Below are positions 33,871-48,049 of a stretch of 64,000 bases of DNA, one piece after another. The stretch is from Eledone cirrhosa. Lineage: Eukaryota. Made by a program: the position numbers and the translations under genes. The DNA is taken from NCBI GenBank assembly GCA_964016885.1, contig OZ024748.1, positions 46,562,001 to 46,626,000 on the forward strand, read 5' to 3'. The notes under the pieces were generated by a model. It did no database searches, was not told where the DNA came from, and saw only the letters and a program-made list of their open reading frames with translations. The first letter of the stretch is position 1. Each line of letters starts with the position of its first letter.

Positions 33871-34393
33871 CATCATCACTAACAGCATCACCAACAACAC
33901 CACCATCAACACCAGTAATAACAGCATCAACAACACCACCAACACCCCGATCAACAGCACCACCAACAGCCCCACTAACAACACCACCATTAGAACCGCT
34001 AGTAATAACGGCATCAACAACACTGCTTGAAACAGCACCAGGTCTACCACCAAAACAACTAACAACACCACCAAAAACAACACCACGTACAACACCACCA
34101 AATCTACTAACAGCACCACCAGCCACACCACTATTATCACCAACAACACCACCAACACCACCCCTATCATCACCAACACCACCACTACCAACAACACCAC
34201 CACCACCAGCAACACCACCAACAACACCTCTATCATGACCTACACCACCACCACCACCACCACCAACAACACCACCAACACCACCTCTATCATCACCAAC
34301 ACCACCACCAACAACAACAACACTACCAACATCATCACGAACACCACCACCGCCAACAACAACACCACCAATACCACCTCTATCATCACCAAC

Positions 34394-34424
<31 letters not shown>

Positions 34425-34432
34425 CCACCAAC

Positions 34433-34463
<31 letters not shown>

Positions 34464-34951
34464 CCACCACCACCACCACTATTATCAGCACCACCACCAA
34501 CAAATACAACAACACCACCAACTTCACCACTATCATCACCACCAACGCCACCACCAACAACAACACCACCAACACCACCACTATCATCACCACCACCACC
34601 GCCAACAACAACAACACCACCAACACCACCACTATCATCACCAACACCACCACCACCAACACCACCAACACCAACACCACCACTATCATCACCACCACCA
34701 CCACCACCAACAACAACACCACCAACACCACCACTATCATCACCAACACCACCAACACCAACACCACCACTATCATCACCACCACCACCACCATCAACAA
34801 CAACACTACCAACACCACCACTATCATCACAAACACCACCACCACTAACACCACCACTATCATCACCACCACCACCACCAACAACAACAGCACCACCACC
34901 AACACCACAACCACCACCACCAACAACACCACCACTATCACCACCACCACC

Positions 34952-34983
<32 letters not shown>

Positions 34984-35302
34984 CACCACCACTATCATCA
35001 CCAACACCACCACCACTAACACCACCACTATCATCACCACCACCACCACCAACAACAACAGCACCACCACCAACACCACAACCACCATCACCAACACCAC
35101 CACCAACAACAACACCACCACTATCACCACCACCACCACCACCACCACCACCACCACCACCACCACCACCACCAACAACAACAACACCACCACTATCATC
35201 ACCAACACCACCACCACTAACAGCACCACTATCATCACCACCACCACCAACAACAACACCACCACTATCATCACCGACACCACTACCACCACCACCACCA
35301 CC

Positions 35303-35333
<31 letters not shown>

Positions 35334-36900
35334 CCACCACTATCATCACCAACACCACCACCACTAACAGCACCACTATCATCACCACAACCACCATCAC
35401 CAACACCACCAACAACACCACCACCATCACCACCACCACCAACAACAACACCACCACCACCACCACCACTATCATCACCACCACCACCAAGACCAATATC
35501 GGGTAGTTTTCCATAACAACGGGAAATGACATGTAAAGCAGATATTTGGGCAATAAAGTTCCTAAGATTTCTCATGAAAATTGCTTGTGTGGATAAATGG
35601 ACGGAGGATCGCTGGAGTAGTTTACGGTGACGTGGATATTAAGTATGGTTTCATAGACATGGTTCTTATTGCTGTTGGTGGTGGTGGTGGTGGTGGTGGT
35701 GGTGGTGGTGGTGGTGGTGGTGGTGGCGGTGGTGGTGGTGGTGATAGTGGTGGTGGTGATAGTGGTGGTGGTGGCGGTGGTGCTGAGGGTGTTGGTAGTG
35801 GTCGTGGTAGTGGTGGTGGTGGTGGTGGTGGTGGTGGTGTTGGTAGTGGTGGTGGTGGTGGTGAAGGTGTTTGTAGTGGTGTTTGTAGTGGTGGTGGTGG
35901 TGGTGTTGTTGGTGGTTTTGGTGGTGGTGGTGGTGGTGGTGGTGGTGGTAGTGGTGGTGGTAGCGTTGAGGGTGGGGGGGGGGGTTGATAGTGATGTCAG
36001 TAGTGGTGGTGGTGGTGGGATGATAATGATGTTAGTAGTGGTGGTGGTGGTGGGATGATAGTGATGTTAGTAGTGGTGGTGATAGTGGTGGTGTTGGTGG
36101 TGGTCGTGGTGATGTTAGTGGTGGTAGTGGTGGTGGTGGTGGTGATGGTGGTGTTAGTGTTAGTGGCGGTGGTGGTGATGGTGTTGTTAGTGGTGGTGGT
36201 GGTGGTGTTATTGCTGTTGGTGGTGGTTGTTGTTGAGGTGGTGGTGGTGATATTAGTGGTAATGGTGGTGGTGGTGGTGCTGATGTTGGTGGTATTGGTG
36301 ATGGTGGTGATAGTGATATTGGTGGTGGTGCTGTTAGTGGTGGTGGTGGTGGTGGTGGTGGCATTGGTGGTTGCGGTGGTGGTATTGGTGGTGGTGGTGG
36401 TGATAGTGGTGGTGGTGGTGATGTTAATGATGGTGGTGATAGTGGTGGTGTAAGTGGTGATGTTAGTGATGGTGGTGGTGATAGTGATGTTAGTGGTGCT
36501 GGTGCTGTGGTGTTGTTGTTAGTAGTGGTGGTGGTGGTGTTTATAGTTTATGTTAGCAGGTGTTTATAGTTTATGTTAATGATGGTGTTGTTGTCGTTGT
36601 TGTGGTGGTGTTATTGCTGTTGGTGGTGATTGTGATGTTTGTGATGGTGGAGTTGCGGTTGATGGTGGTGCTGATGTTATTAGTGGTGTTGGTCTTATTG
36701 TAGTTGTTGGTATATGCGGCTGTTTATAGTGATGTTGGTGTTGTTATTGGTGCTGTGGATGGTGAAGATAGTGATTTCATTCTTGTAGGTGGTGATGGTG
36801 GAATTAGTGATCTTGGTGATGTTGCTAGTGGTTTTTCTATTATTATTGATGTTGTTGATGATACTGATGCTGTTGTTGTTATTGATAATGTTGTTATTAC
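33870..36900. repeat. (ACC)n-rich tract and opposing (GGT)n-rich tract separated by a ~185-bp unique island (35490-35675)
   Basis: Direct reading. Confidence 0.9.
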
Positions 36901-38098
36901 ACCAAGTCAGATTCGACTAATCGAGAAACAGACTCGCCAATTGTGACCATCCTTAACCATTTCTTTATTCATACATAACATATTTAGGTCTTCATTATCA
37001 GATCTCACTATATGCTTTGGAAAAGAAATCTTAAGCAATATTTGAGGGAGACCTTACTACTATTTCCACATCGAGGACAGACCGTCCTCATTAGGCTACT
37101 GCCGTCGTATTGTGACATTCCAAACGATTAATCAGAACCCCTCCCCACTCAAATAAAAATATAGAACAAACAGCAGCATAAGAATGTCTTCCGAAGACAA
37201 TTCTACTTAGGAACTTTATAGAATGTTTCAATACAAAAAACTACACAACACATATTGCCATGGATGTAGAAATAAAAAATTTCTCAGCTCCGTTATTTTC
37301 TTGTCTAATGCCGAATCGCTATAACTGCATGCACACACACACACACATACATACATACAAGCACGCACAAACACATATACATATGTACATACATACAGGT
37401 GTATACATATATCTACACATACATACACACGCAGATATGCACATACATACACACACGTATATGGTGGCTGCCAACTCGTTTTCGAGTACGGCCACTACTT
37501 TATATCCATGTAGGAGAACCCATACCGATGCGCTGAACGAGTGTGACTTTTTAGTCCAGCCAGCGACTTGAAAACTCTGGTTCAAACACTACACTTGTGA
37601 CAATTATTGACATATAGTGCTAGGCCCATGGTACCATGTGACGACAAGTGCAGAGAGATCTCCAGATATAAAGTAATGCCTGTGCCGTGAAGCCTTTATA
37701 GTGAGCAAAGGCACTGCACAAAGCCAGTCCCACTCTCTTAACCAAGATGATATTTACCAAAAAGAAGAACAAGTCAACATCATTGGATACCATCTGGGTT
37801 GCAGGTGTTATATCAGAGTTTTCCTTCTCCTAGAATTCTGCCTTGACAAAGGCTAAGGGGTCATCTCTCCTGGTGACTTTGGATGGCCATTGACTCTTAA
37901 GAGCTCCTTTGCCCTTTGACAGGTTTTGTTTTTGGTCCTGCAGGATGTCCAAAGTCACCCTCCACACCAAGAAACCTTGGTGGGGTTGCCAGTTTAGTCG
38001 CCAACGACCCGACCATGGGACAGGTTGTACTGGGATACATGTTACCAGTAGCACCAACTGGTAACATGTATTCCAGTACACACACGTATATACATACA

Positions 38099-38134
<36 letters not shown>

Positions 38135-38414
38135 GTAAAAAATTGAACGGGAACAAAACAGAGAGGCAGTACGAACAAAGGTTTATTAGTTTCACGCTCT
38201 TGAGAGTGGGTGGTGGTGGTGTTGTATATATATATATATAAACACAATCACTTACATACAGAAAAACAGATATATACATACACACACGTGCACACATAAT
38301 TTCACACGCAAACAAACATACATGTATAAATCCAAACACAGCCGTACTGATCTGTGTGTGTGTGTGTTTGTGTGTGTATATATATATTATATATATATTA
38401 TATATATATGTGTA

Positions 38415-38592
38415 TTGGCAGTATCGGTAGAGGGTCGGACGCCATGCTTTCCAGCATAGTTACGTCCTTTTACGATCTGAGTTCAAATCCCGCCGAGGTT
38501 GACTTTGCCTTTCATCCTTACGGGGTCGATAAAATAAAGTACCAGTAATGCACTGGTTTATTTGCTGCCTTGTGCCTAAAGTAGAAACAATT
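38415..38592 (+). mobile_element. tRNA-derived SINE, nearly identical to copies at 3558 and 62799
   Basis: TGGCAGTATCGGTAG A-box, GAGTTCAAATCC B-box, core. Confidence 0.92.
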
Positions 38593-38867
38593 ATATATAT
38601 ATATATATTATATATATATTATATATATATAAATATATATATTATATATATATATTATATATATATATATTATATATATATTATATATATATATATATAT
38701 ATAATATATATATAAATATATATATTATATATATATATATATTATATATATATTATATATATATAAATATATATATTATATATATATATATAGATATATA
38801 TATTATATATATAGATATACATATTATATATATATATTAATATATATTATATATATATATATTATAC

Positions 38868-38900
<33 letters not shown>

Positions 38901-39139
38901 TATATATGCGTGTATGTTTGAGTATATGCACCCACATATACATACATATTCGTATATGTCTGTGTATATACACTCATACATCTATACGCCTACATACAGA
39001 TATATATGCGTGTATATCGGTGTATATACATTCATACATATATACACTTTTACACATACATGTATGACTGTCTATATAAATTCATACATAGATAATTATA
39101 TATATCTGTGTGTATATACATCCATACATATATACGCCT

Positions 39140-39253
<114 letters not shown>

Positions 39254-39262
39254 GCCTATATA

Positions 39263-39410
<148 letters not shown>

Positions 39411-39441
39411 CATATATATATATATACATATATATATATAC

Positions 39442-39529
<88 letters not shown>

Positions 39530-39756
39530 TCGAGTCTAAGTAATTTGCCATATCATTTCCTGCTGTTAAACGCAAGAATGGCGAGCAGTTGAATTTTATT
39601 CCCTCCAACATAGGAGAATTATTCAGATTTACATAATCTGCTTCTTTCCTTTCTCAATCAAACAGATTTGAAACTCGTTCGAACGAATGGAATAAGATAT
39701 TGGTTAGGAAAACACACACAGAGTACTATTTAACATATAATGTCCCCCACTCTCTC

Positions 39757-39860
<104 letters not shown>

Positions 39861-39892
39861 CGCACATACACAAACATATGTGTATAGATATA

Positions 39893-39946
<54 letters not shown>

Positions 39947-39986
39947 AACATACATATATATATATACACATACACAAACATATATA

Positions 39987-40022
<36 letters not shown>

Positions 40023-40232
40023 CACACTCATGCACACACATATATGTATACATATATATGTGTATATATATACATGTATACATATATATGTAGATATATA
40101 TATATATGTATATATATATATGTATACATATATATGTATACATATATGTGTATTTGTGTGTCCACAGGAAGGAATCATTTTACATGTGTAAATGGATGAT
40201 TATATATACGCACACAAATACACACACACACG

Positions 40233-40307
<75 letters not shown>

Positions 40308-41142
40308 ACACACACACACACACAAATATATATATATATATATATACATCTTTAACTCCACAGGACTGTAATTATAATATATGAACTCCTAAAAAAAGGA
40401 CGATATAATGAAAAAATAAAATGAAATAAGAAGAAGAAAGCAAAGAAGGAAGACTTAGAATAGAAACAGAGTGAATGAGAAGAATGAGCGCAGATGTGAA
40501 TATGTGTTAGATAAAACTTTTCATTGCTCCCTATTTGAATAAACAATTTTCTGCACAATGCACCATTCCACACGTCTGATATACATTTTCTCTTCGAAGC
40601 AAACAATTATGGCACCCATTCATTTTGCATACAGACAGTTCTCTTCAACTTCATCCAAAGAAAGAGGTGACGTCACCGGAAATTGCTAATTCCTATTTTG
40701 TTCGAAGATTCTAGTAGAAAATTGCTTCCTTTATAGTGAGAATATTGAGACTGACAATCATAATTGGTCGCGAGTGAATTATTGTGTTCGATTAATGACA
40801 AGCTAAAGGATATTCCTTCCTAGACATATTTCACCATTTAATGCTATCGTACATCGAGTCGAATACATATATATTTGTATGCAACATTTATATGAATTCC
40901 TGCGCATGCTTGTGTCTCTATCTCTATTTATGTTTAAATGTGTGTGTGTGTATATATATATATATATACAAGGAAAATGATAATAAAAAAGTGTTCGAAA
41001 GGTGTACCTAGTATATATATATAAAAATGATCTGTATATTTGATGTTAACAAAGCCTGCTTTCTCCGTTTTGGATCTTCAAAACATTTGTTATTAGGCTA
41101 AATCTTTTTTTCACTAAAACTACTGCATACTGATGTTCCACT

Positions 41143-41271
<129 letters not shown>

Positions 41272-41455
41272 ATATGTATATATATATATACAAAGATCGG
41301 AATTACGAGTATTCCGCAGTTCACTATAATAATAATAATAGTATTAGCTCAAAGAAGAATAGAGAATTTTCTTCTGAGCTCAAATGCAAATATATTACAC
41401 AAAGAGAAATGTGTTACACAGTGAGATGTGTGTAATGAAGTGAACAGTGTCCACA

Positions 41456-41532
41456 TTTGCTGACTGAGGATCCTGTGACCTGTTATACGGCACATATCAG
41501 TGGTGAAACGAAGCGAGATTCGTATCAGCAAA
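41456..41532 (+). ncRNA. Type I hammerhead ribozyme
   Basis: Helix I TTTGCTGA/TCAGCAAA (8/8), CTGAGGA, GAAA (41505), helix III ACGAA/TTCGT, GUA cleavage after 41524; helix II imperfect. Confidence 0.8.
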
Positions 41533-42002
41533 CTTATAGTTATAAGGTTGGTAATTTAAAACTCTAATTCAGAGATTTGATTCTGACTTAGTTTTTATCT
41601 ATTTAATTGTTAAACCTGTAGATATTGTTCTCTATACAGTAACGGTAAAACTCACGTAATAATTATTTACACACATCTCACTGTGTAACACACTTCTCTT
41701 TGTGTAATATATTTGCATTTGAGCTCAGAAGAAAATTCTCTATTCTTCTTTGAGCTAATACTATTATTATTATTACAGTAAACTGCGGAATACTCTTAAT
41801 TCCGATCTTTGTATACTTAACGAACTCCAAATTGTTGAGCTAATAAATTCGAATGGTAGGGTTGCCCTCTCTAGCATTTTCCCCAATCCATGAGAGCCGT
41901 TATTTGATGCAAATAACACGTGATTTCGCCCTACTCTGGGCAGCGTGTATATTAGCTTTCTCTCTATCCATGAGGTTAGATGTGTCGTGAACAGTGTCCA
42001 CA

Positions 42003-42079
42003 TTTGGTGACTGAGGATCCTGTGACCTGTTATACTGCACATATCAGTGGTGAAACGGAGCGAGATTCGTATCAGCAAA
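42003..42079 (+). ncRNA. Type I hammerhead ribozyme, second tandem copy
   Basis: Same motif, one mismatch in helix I. Confidence 0.72.
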
Positions 42080-42277
42080 CTTATAGTTATAAGGTTGGTA
42101 ATTTAAAACTCTAATTCAGAGATTTGATTCTGACTTAGTTTTTATCTATTTAATTGCTAAACCTGTAGATATTGATATTGTTCTCGGTAAAACTCACTTG
42201 TAATAATTCTTTACACACATCTCACTGTGTAACACACTTCTCTTTGTGTAATATATTTATATATATATATATATATA

Positions 42278-42462
42278 ACGAAGGAAATGTGGTAAGGAAC
42301 CAGGTGGACCATAACGCACCAAAGTACTCAATACTTGGGGTAGTAGAGTGGGTAATAGGAACCAGTAAGACCCCGACGGCTGAGCTCAAGCCGTTTCGAC
42401 GGCTAATTCTGAGAATTAGCCGTCGAAACGGCTTGAGCTCAGCCGTCGGGGTCTTACTGGTT

Positions 42463-42467
<5 letters not shown>
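42278..42467. mobile_element. Fold-back element in (TA)n; perfect 56-bp arms centred on a putative HHR helix II
   Basis: 42355-42410 / 42412-42467 perfect; GACGGCTA..TAGCCGTC-GAAA-CGGC..GCCG-TC. Confidence 0.85.
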
Positions 42468-42512
<45 letters not shown>

Positions 42513-42988
42513 ATATGCCAATATGCATGTTCAATATATAACCACCAAATATATCCGGTAAGATATCCTTTGAATACGGAAACAATGTTGGATCGATGTT
42601 GGATCGATGTACCTCTGGGAATTGAAGCTCGTTGGACAAATTCTGGGACATCAAGATGGTTTTTGAAACAATTTATCAAAAATTCCTGTGGCAGATTGTC
42701 GAAGTCTTTGGTGTCAATCAAAGATTCTCTACATCTTCAAGAGTCTTGATAAAAAAAACTCCAGCTCCTTTGTCAGTAGAGTTTCTAGCCATTATAATAA
42801 GAGTAGTTGAGGTGATAAAATGAAACACTAGGTGACGCTGCTGATATCTGTCACGCGATGTTGTCTGTGTCGTGCCACGGAAGAATTGTGGCGGAGGAAA
42901 TAGTTTGTGATCTAGATTTTGTCGACAATAGTTGAAACAAGACTGAAAGAACTAGCAGAAAAATTGAGTTTTTTATTATCATTGTCCT

Positions 42989-43049
<61 letters not shown>

Positions 43050-43519
43050 TTAAACATAAATAGAGATAGACACACAAGCATGCGCAGGAATTCATATAAA
43101 TGTTGCATACAAATATATATGTATTCGACTCGATGTACCCGTGAAGAAATCAACACACAAACACATATTCTTCATAGGAAAACAGGTTGTGAAAGAAGAG
43201 GATAATTTTTGCTATTTTGTCTAATTTGCAACTAAGTATGTTTTTGTCGGTACTCAGAGTTTCATAATAATATCCAAATAATCTCGTGTGTATCACCAAT
43301 CTTCAGTCTTTATGAAAAGGTATATCTGCTCCGGGGTCTTGATGACTTCCAGTGCAGATTTACTTTAAAAATATTTTGCCGAATTCTTTCCTTTTGGGTC
43401 TAGGGGAGGCAACATTTAGGAAAATATACTGCCATGTATTTCGAATAATATAAAATATGTCTATCTATTGTGATTACAATACAAATATCTATACAAAAAA
43501 AAACACGTACACACACACG

Positions 43520-43565
<46 letters not shown>

Positions 43566-43566
<1 letters not shown>

Positions 43567-43756
43567 CGAAGGAGTTGTGGTAAGGAACCAGATGGACCAT
43601 AACGCACCAGAGTACTCTATACTTAGAGTAGTAGAGTGGGTAATAGGAGAAAGTATGACCCCCACAGCAGAGCTCAAGGCGTTTCGACGGCTATTTTGGC
43701 ACTCCAGAAATAGCCGTCGAAACGGCTTGAGCTCTGCCGTCGGGGTCATACTTTCT

Positions 43757-43761
<5 letters not shown>
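43566..43761. mobile_element. Second, diverged member of the 42278 family with the same architecture
   Basis: Same AACGAAGGA..GTGGTAAGGAACCAG start; palindrome 43643-43761. Confidence 0.85.
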
Positions 43762-43798
<37 letters not shown>

Positions 43799-44327
43799 TA
43801 TATATAAATATATATATATATATAAGCGTGTCAAAATACATGAGTATTATGGAAATGTGATCATCAAGAATGATAGACGCCATATACACGCAACACACAC
43901 ACATATATATATACACAGGAATATATTAGAGCATATATAATTACATAAACCTTATGTAATAGTATTCCACTGTACATACATGCAGCATACTTACATATAT
44001 ATAATTATCATGTATAAATATATGAACGCCAAGTAATTGTCATCTCCAATACAGAAATATACACACCAAAACACACGCACATATATATGGGTGTATATAT
44101 ATGTATATGTGTGTGCATTAGCATGTATAAACTCTTAACATTTATTATTTATTATATTATAATCATCAGACCAGTAACACAACATACACACACAGATATA
44201 TATATATACAAATATATATATAATATTTATATACAAATATATATAATATGTATATACAAATTTACATAATATATATACAAATACATATAAATCTATCTAT
44301 CTATCTATCTAACCATCTCTCTCTCTC

Positions 44328-44423
<96 letters not shown>

Positions 44424-44589
44424 CAAAGATATATACTTAAAATTCCATTAATATGCACACCAATATATACATACATCAATCATATATATACACATACATG
44501 TATAAATTGATATAATGATAATATCATATTATATAATCATACACACCCACCCAGAAAAACACTACTATATATGCCAATATATGTACACA

Positions 44590-44970
44590 TGTATGTATAA
44601 ACATATATATATATAATAGCAAACGTGTATAAATATATGTACAGATGCATGTATAAATATATATATATATGTATAATAGCAAGCGTGTATAAATATATGT
44701 ACACATGTATGTATAAATATATATATATATGTATAATAGCAAGCGTGTATAAATATATCTACACATGTATGTATATATATATATATATATGTATAATATC
44801 AAGCATGTATATATGCATGCATAAAACCATGCATAAATATATGTATATTTAAATGTGTGTATAAATATATGTATAATAGCAAGCATATTATAAATATATA
44901 TATACACTTGCATGTATGAATATATGTATAAAAGCAAGCATGTATAAATATATGTATACATGTATGTACA
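44590..44970. repeat. Degenerate ~60-bp tandem repeat (GTATAATAGCAAGCGTGTATAAAT...)
   Basis: Motif recurs near 44615, 44671, 44731, 44791 and 44871. Confidence 0.8.
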
Positions 44971-45223
44971 CATATATTAACGTTGGGTAATTATGTCCAG
45001 CACTCCACTTATATACACTATTATATATACACATTGCACATTTGCAGATATTTATTCGTATTAGCATGTATAAATATATAAACGTTAAGTAATTTGTCTA
45101 GCTGTCCAGTAATTGTTTATTCATAATATAACATTTCTGATTCATAAACAATTGTTTCAGCCGCTCCTATATACACACACGCATACACACGCGGTGTATA
45201 TACACGTAGACATGTTGCAAACC

Positions 45224-45273
<50 letters not shown>

Positions 45274-45454
45274 AGCAGACACATAGACATGCCAAACAGG
45301 ATTACATATTGACTAAATATATATGTTGAATATACACGTGTATATGATAAATATCTAGACAAGTTGAATATCCCCCCACCCACCCACACATACACACATA
45401 CATACATACACACACACATAGATATATATATTCAATAAGACCAAGGATTCATAT

Positions 45455-45636
45455 GCTTTACAGCATAGAGTTATGGCTCTTTACGTTCTGAGTTCAAATC
45501 CCGCCGAGGTTAACTTTGCATTTCATCCTTACGGGGTCGATAAAATAAAGTACCAGTAATGCACTGGAGTCAATTTAATAGACTTTCCAGTCCCCCAAAA
45601 TTACTGGCCTTGTGCCTATAGTAGAAATCATTATTT
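45455..45636 (+). mobile_element. tRNA-derived SINE (long variant)
   Basis: SINE core. Confidence 0.88.
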
Positions 45637-45715
45637 AATGCTCTGGACTATAGCTGTCTCCTCCTGAAGAGCAGAGGGTAAAAATTTGCACTGAGCTTAA
45701 CTCATCTTACCAATG

Positions 45716-45766
<51 letters not shown>

Positions 45767-45956
45767 TAAAACATGTCTACAGAATCACAAGATAAAATAT
45801 ATACTATTTCCTCTCCCAATTAGCATAATTAACCATATAAAAAATCGAATAGACCAGGTATAGCTCTGATTGTTAAATTTATTAATTTTTCATTGAGCCA
45901 CAAAGTGACCAGTTGCAAAACACGTATATGTATATGTATGTATATATATATGTAAA

Positions 45957-46013
<57 letters not shown>

Positions 46014-46016
46014 CTC

Positions 46017-46060
<44 letters not shown>

Positions 46061-46072
46061 ATGTGTGTATTA

Positions 46073-46278
46073 TTAGAAAGTGAGGTTTTTTTTACAAAAT
46101 AAAAAAAAAAACGAGGTGTCCTATACGAATGAAAGTATAAGGAAAAAAGATGAAAACGAAAATGCAACTAGAGTCTTTTTATTTTAATTATATTTATTTG
46201 GTTCCTTTACCGGTTTCGCATTTTTTGTGCTTTTCAAAAGTAGAATTGAGATGGAGCGTCTGTGGGTTTTCTCACTAT
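46073..46278 (-). mobile_element. Single-arm copy of the 47689 family, truncated within the putative helix II loop
   Basis: TTAGAAAGTGAGG...GGTTCCTTTACCGGTTTCGCA shared with 47689. Confidence 0.75.
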
Positions 46279-46321
46279 ACATACACCCTCCCCCACACAC
46301 ATATATATATATGTATGTATG

Positions 46322-46403
<82 letters not shown>

Positions 46404-46415
46404 TATAATAATAAT

Positions 46416-47267
46416 AATTGTTTCTACTTTTGGGACAAGGCCAGCAAATACCCCAGTGTATTACTGGTACTTTATTTTATCGACCCCCCGTAAGGATGAA
46501 AGGCAAAGTTAACCTCGACGGGATTTGAACTCAGACTGTGAAGGGACGTAACTATGCTAGAAAGCATGGTGTCTGACGCTCTACCGATTCTGCCAATTCA
46601 CCGAATAATTGTTTCTACTTTTGGCACAAGGCCAGCAGTTACCCCAGTAAATTATTAGTGCGGTATTTTATCGACCCAGTAAGGATCAAAAGCAAAGTAA
46701 ACCTCGGCCGGATATGAACGTAAAGGACCATAAATAGGACGGTTTGTTAGAACACCATTAGGTTTATTGAGTAGTGACGTGCGTATCGCTATTGTTCAGC
46801 TCAAGGTTCGATCTGTATCGATCAGGCCCGACTCTCGAATCAAAAGCTCGTCGGACCTCTGTTGGACATACATATATTAAATTATTACATGTTGAACGTG
46901 GACAAATGTAAGATATATACACAAATTTTGAACATACATACGAGTTAATGTTGCATATACACACACATACATGAACATCTTACATACACGTACAATCTAG
47001 AACAAATACAAATATATTGACGGACCTTTGCTTTCGTATGGCTATACGCATGCTCGTATCTATGTATATATGTCTGGATAATAGTTGTGTCTACTTTTGG
47101 CACAAGGCCAGCAATTACCCAGTACATTACTAGTGCTTTATTTTATCGACCCCCGTAAGGATGAAAGGCAAAGTTAACCTCGGCGGGATTTGAACTCAGA
47201 ATAGCAAGGGCCGTAACTCTATGCTGGAAATCATGGTGTCCGACCCTCTACTGATACTGCCAACCCA
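46416..47267 (-). mobile_element. Three minus-strand SINE copies (46416-46603, 46606-46720, 47085-47267)
   Basis: Reverse complement of the SINE core. Confidence 0.88.
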
Positions 47268-47404
47268 CAATAACAATAATAAAGATGCTGATGTTACATA
47301 ATATTATACTGAATCTCCATCATAACTATAAACTACGAATGTCGAGAGCTTTCTCCTGTTTGCTCCTGTTCTTACCAAAGCAAACTCCTCGGAACATACA
47401 CATG

Positions 47405-47463
<59 letters not shown>

Positions 47464-47633
47464 TCTTCCTGTTTTCCTTCGGTTGTAACGTTTTTCGAAA
47501 CATTTACTTCTGCGTCCACAGATTGATTTTTTTTTTAGTTTCAGAAAATCCCATTAAGTGTGAAAGCAGCGTTTCTTTGCTTAAACTTTAATATGTTATT
47601 TTAATAAATATTTGCTCTACGGGTTTTTATATA

Positions 47634-47688
<55 letters not shown>

Positions 47689-47694
<6 letters not shown>

Positions 47695-48005
47695 GTGAGG
47701 TTTTTTTTACAAAATTAAAAATAACCGAGGTGTCCTACACGAGTGATTGTATAAAGAAAAAGCGATGAAGTCGAAAATGCAACTGGATTCTTATTTTTAA
47801 AAAAAATATATATATATTTATTTGGTTCCTTTACCGGTTTCGCAGTTCTTCTGCTTTTAAGATATGAGAAAAACCACAGACCCCCCATCTCACTCACCTT
47901 TTGAAAAGCAGACGAACTGCGAAACCGGTAAAGGAACCAAATAAATATATATATATTTTTTTTAAAAATAAGACTCCAGTTGCATTTTCGATTTCATCTC
48001 TTTTT

Positions 48006-48012
<7 letters not shown>
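47689..48012. mobile_element. Fold-back element in (TA)n, arms 47750-47858 / 47904-48012, centred on a putative HHR helix II
   Basis: GCAGTTC.TCTGCTTTT..AAAAGCAGA.GAACTGC-GAAA-CCGG-TA (palindromic helix III, GUA). Confidence 0.8.

Positions 48013-48049
<37 letters not shown>

Larger units (their letters stand above)
41291..42258 (+). mobile_element. PLE pLTR array: inverted partial copy (41291-41435) plus two tandem HHR-bearing units 547 bp apart
   Basis: 41291-41435 is the inverse of 41667-41811; 41440-41715 repeats at 41988-42258; (TA)n flanks. Confidence 0.85.

Noticed and set aside
33773-36453. Long Gly/Val/Thr-rich ORFs (up to 600 aa) as structural or mucin proteins
   Set aside because: Several overlapping frames on both strands are open simply because GGT/ACC repeats lack stops; no splice or domain evidence
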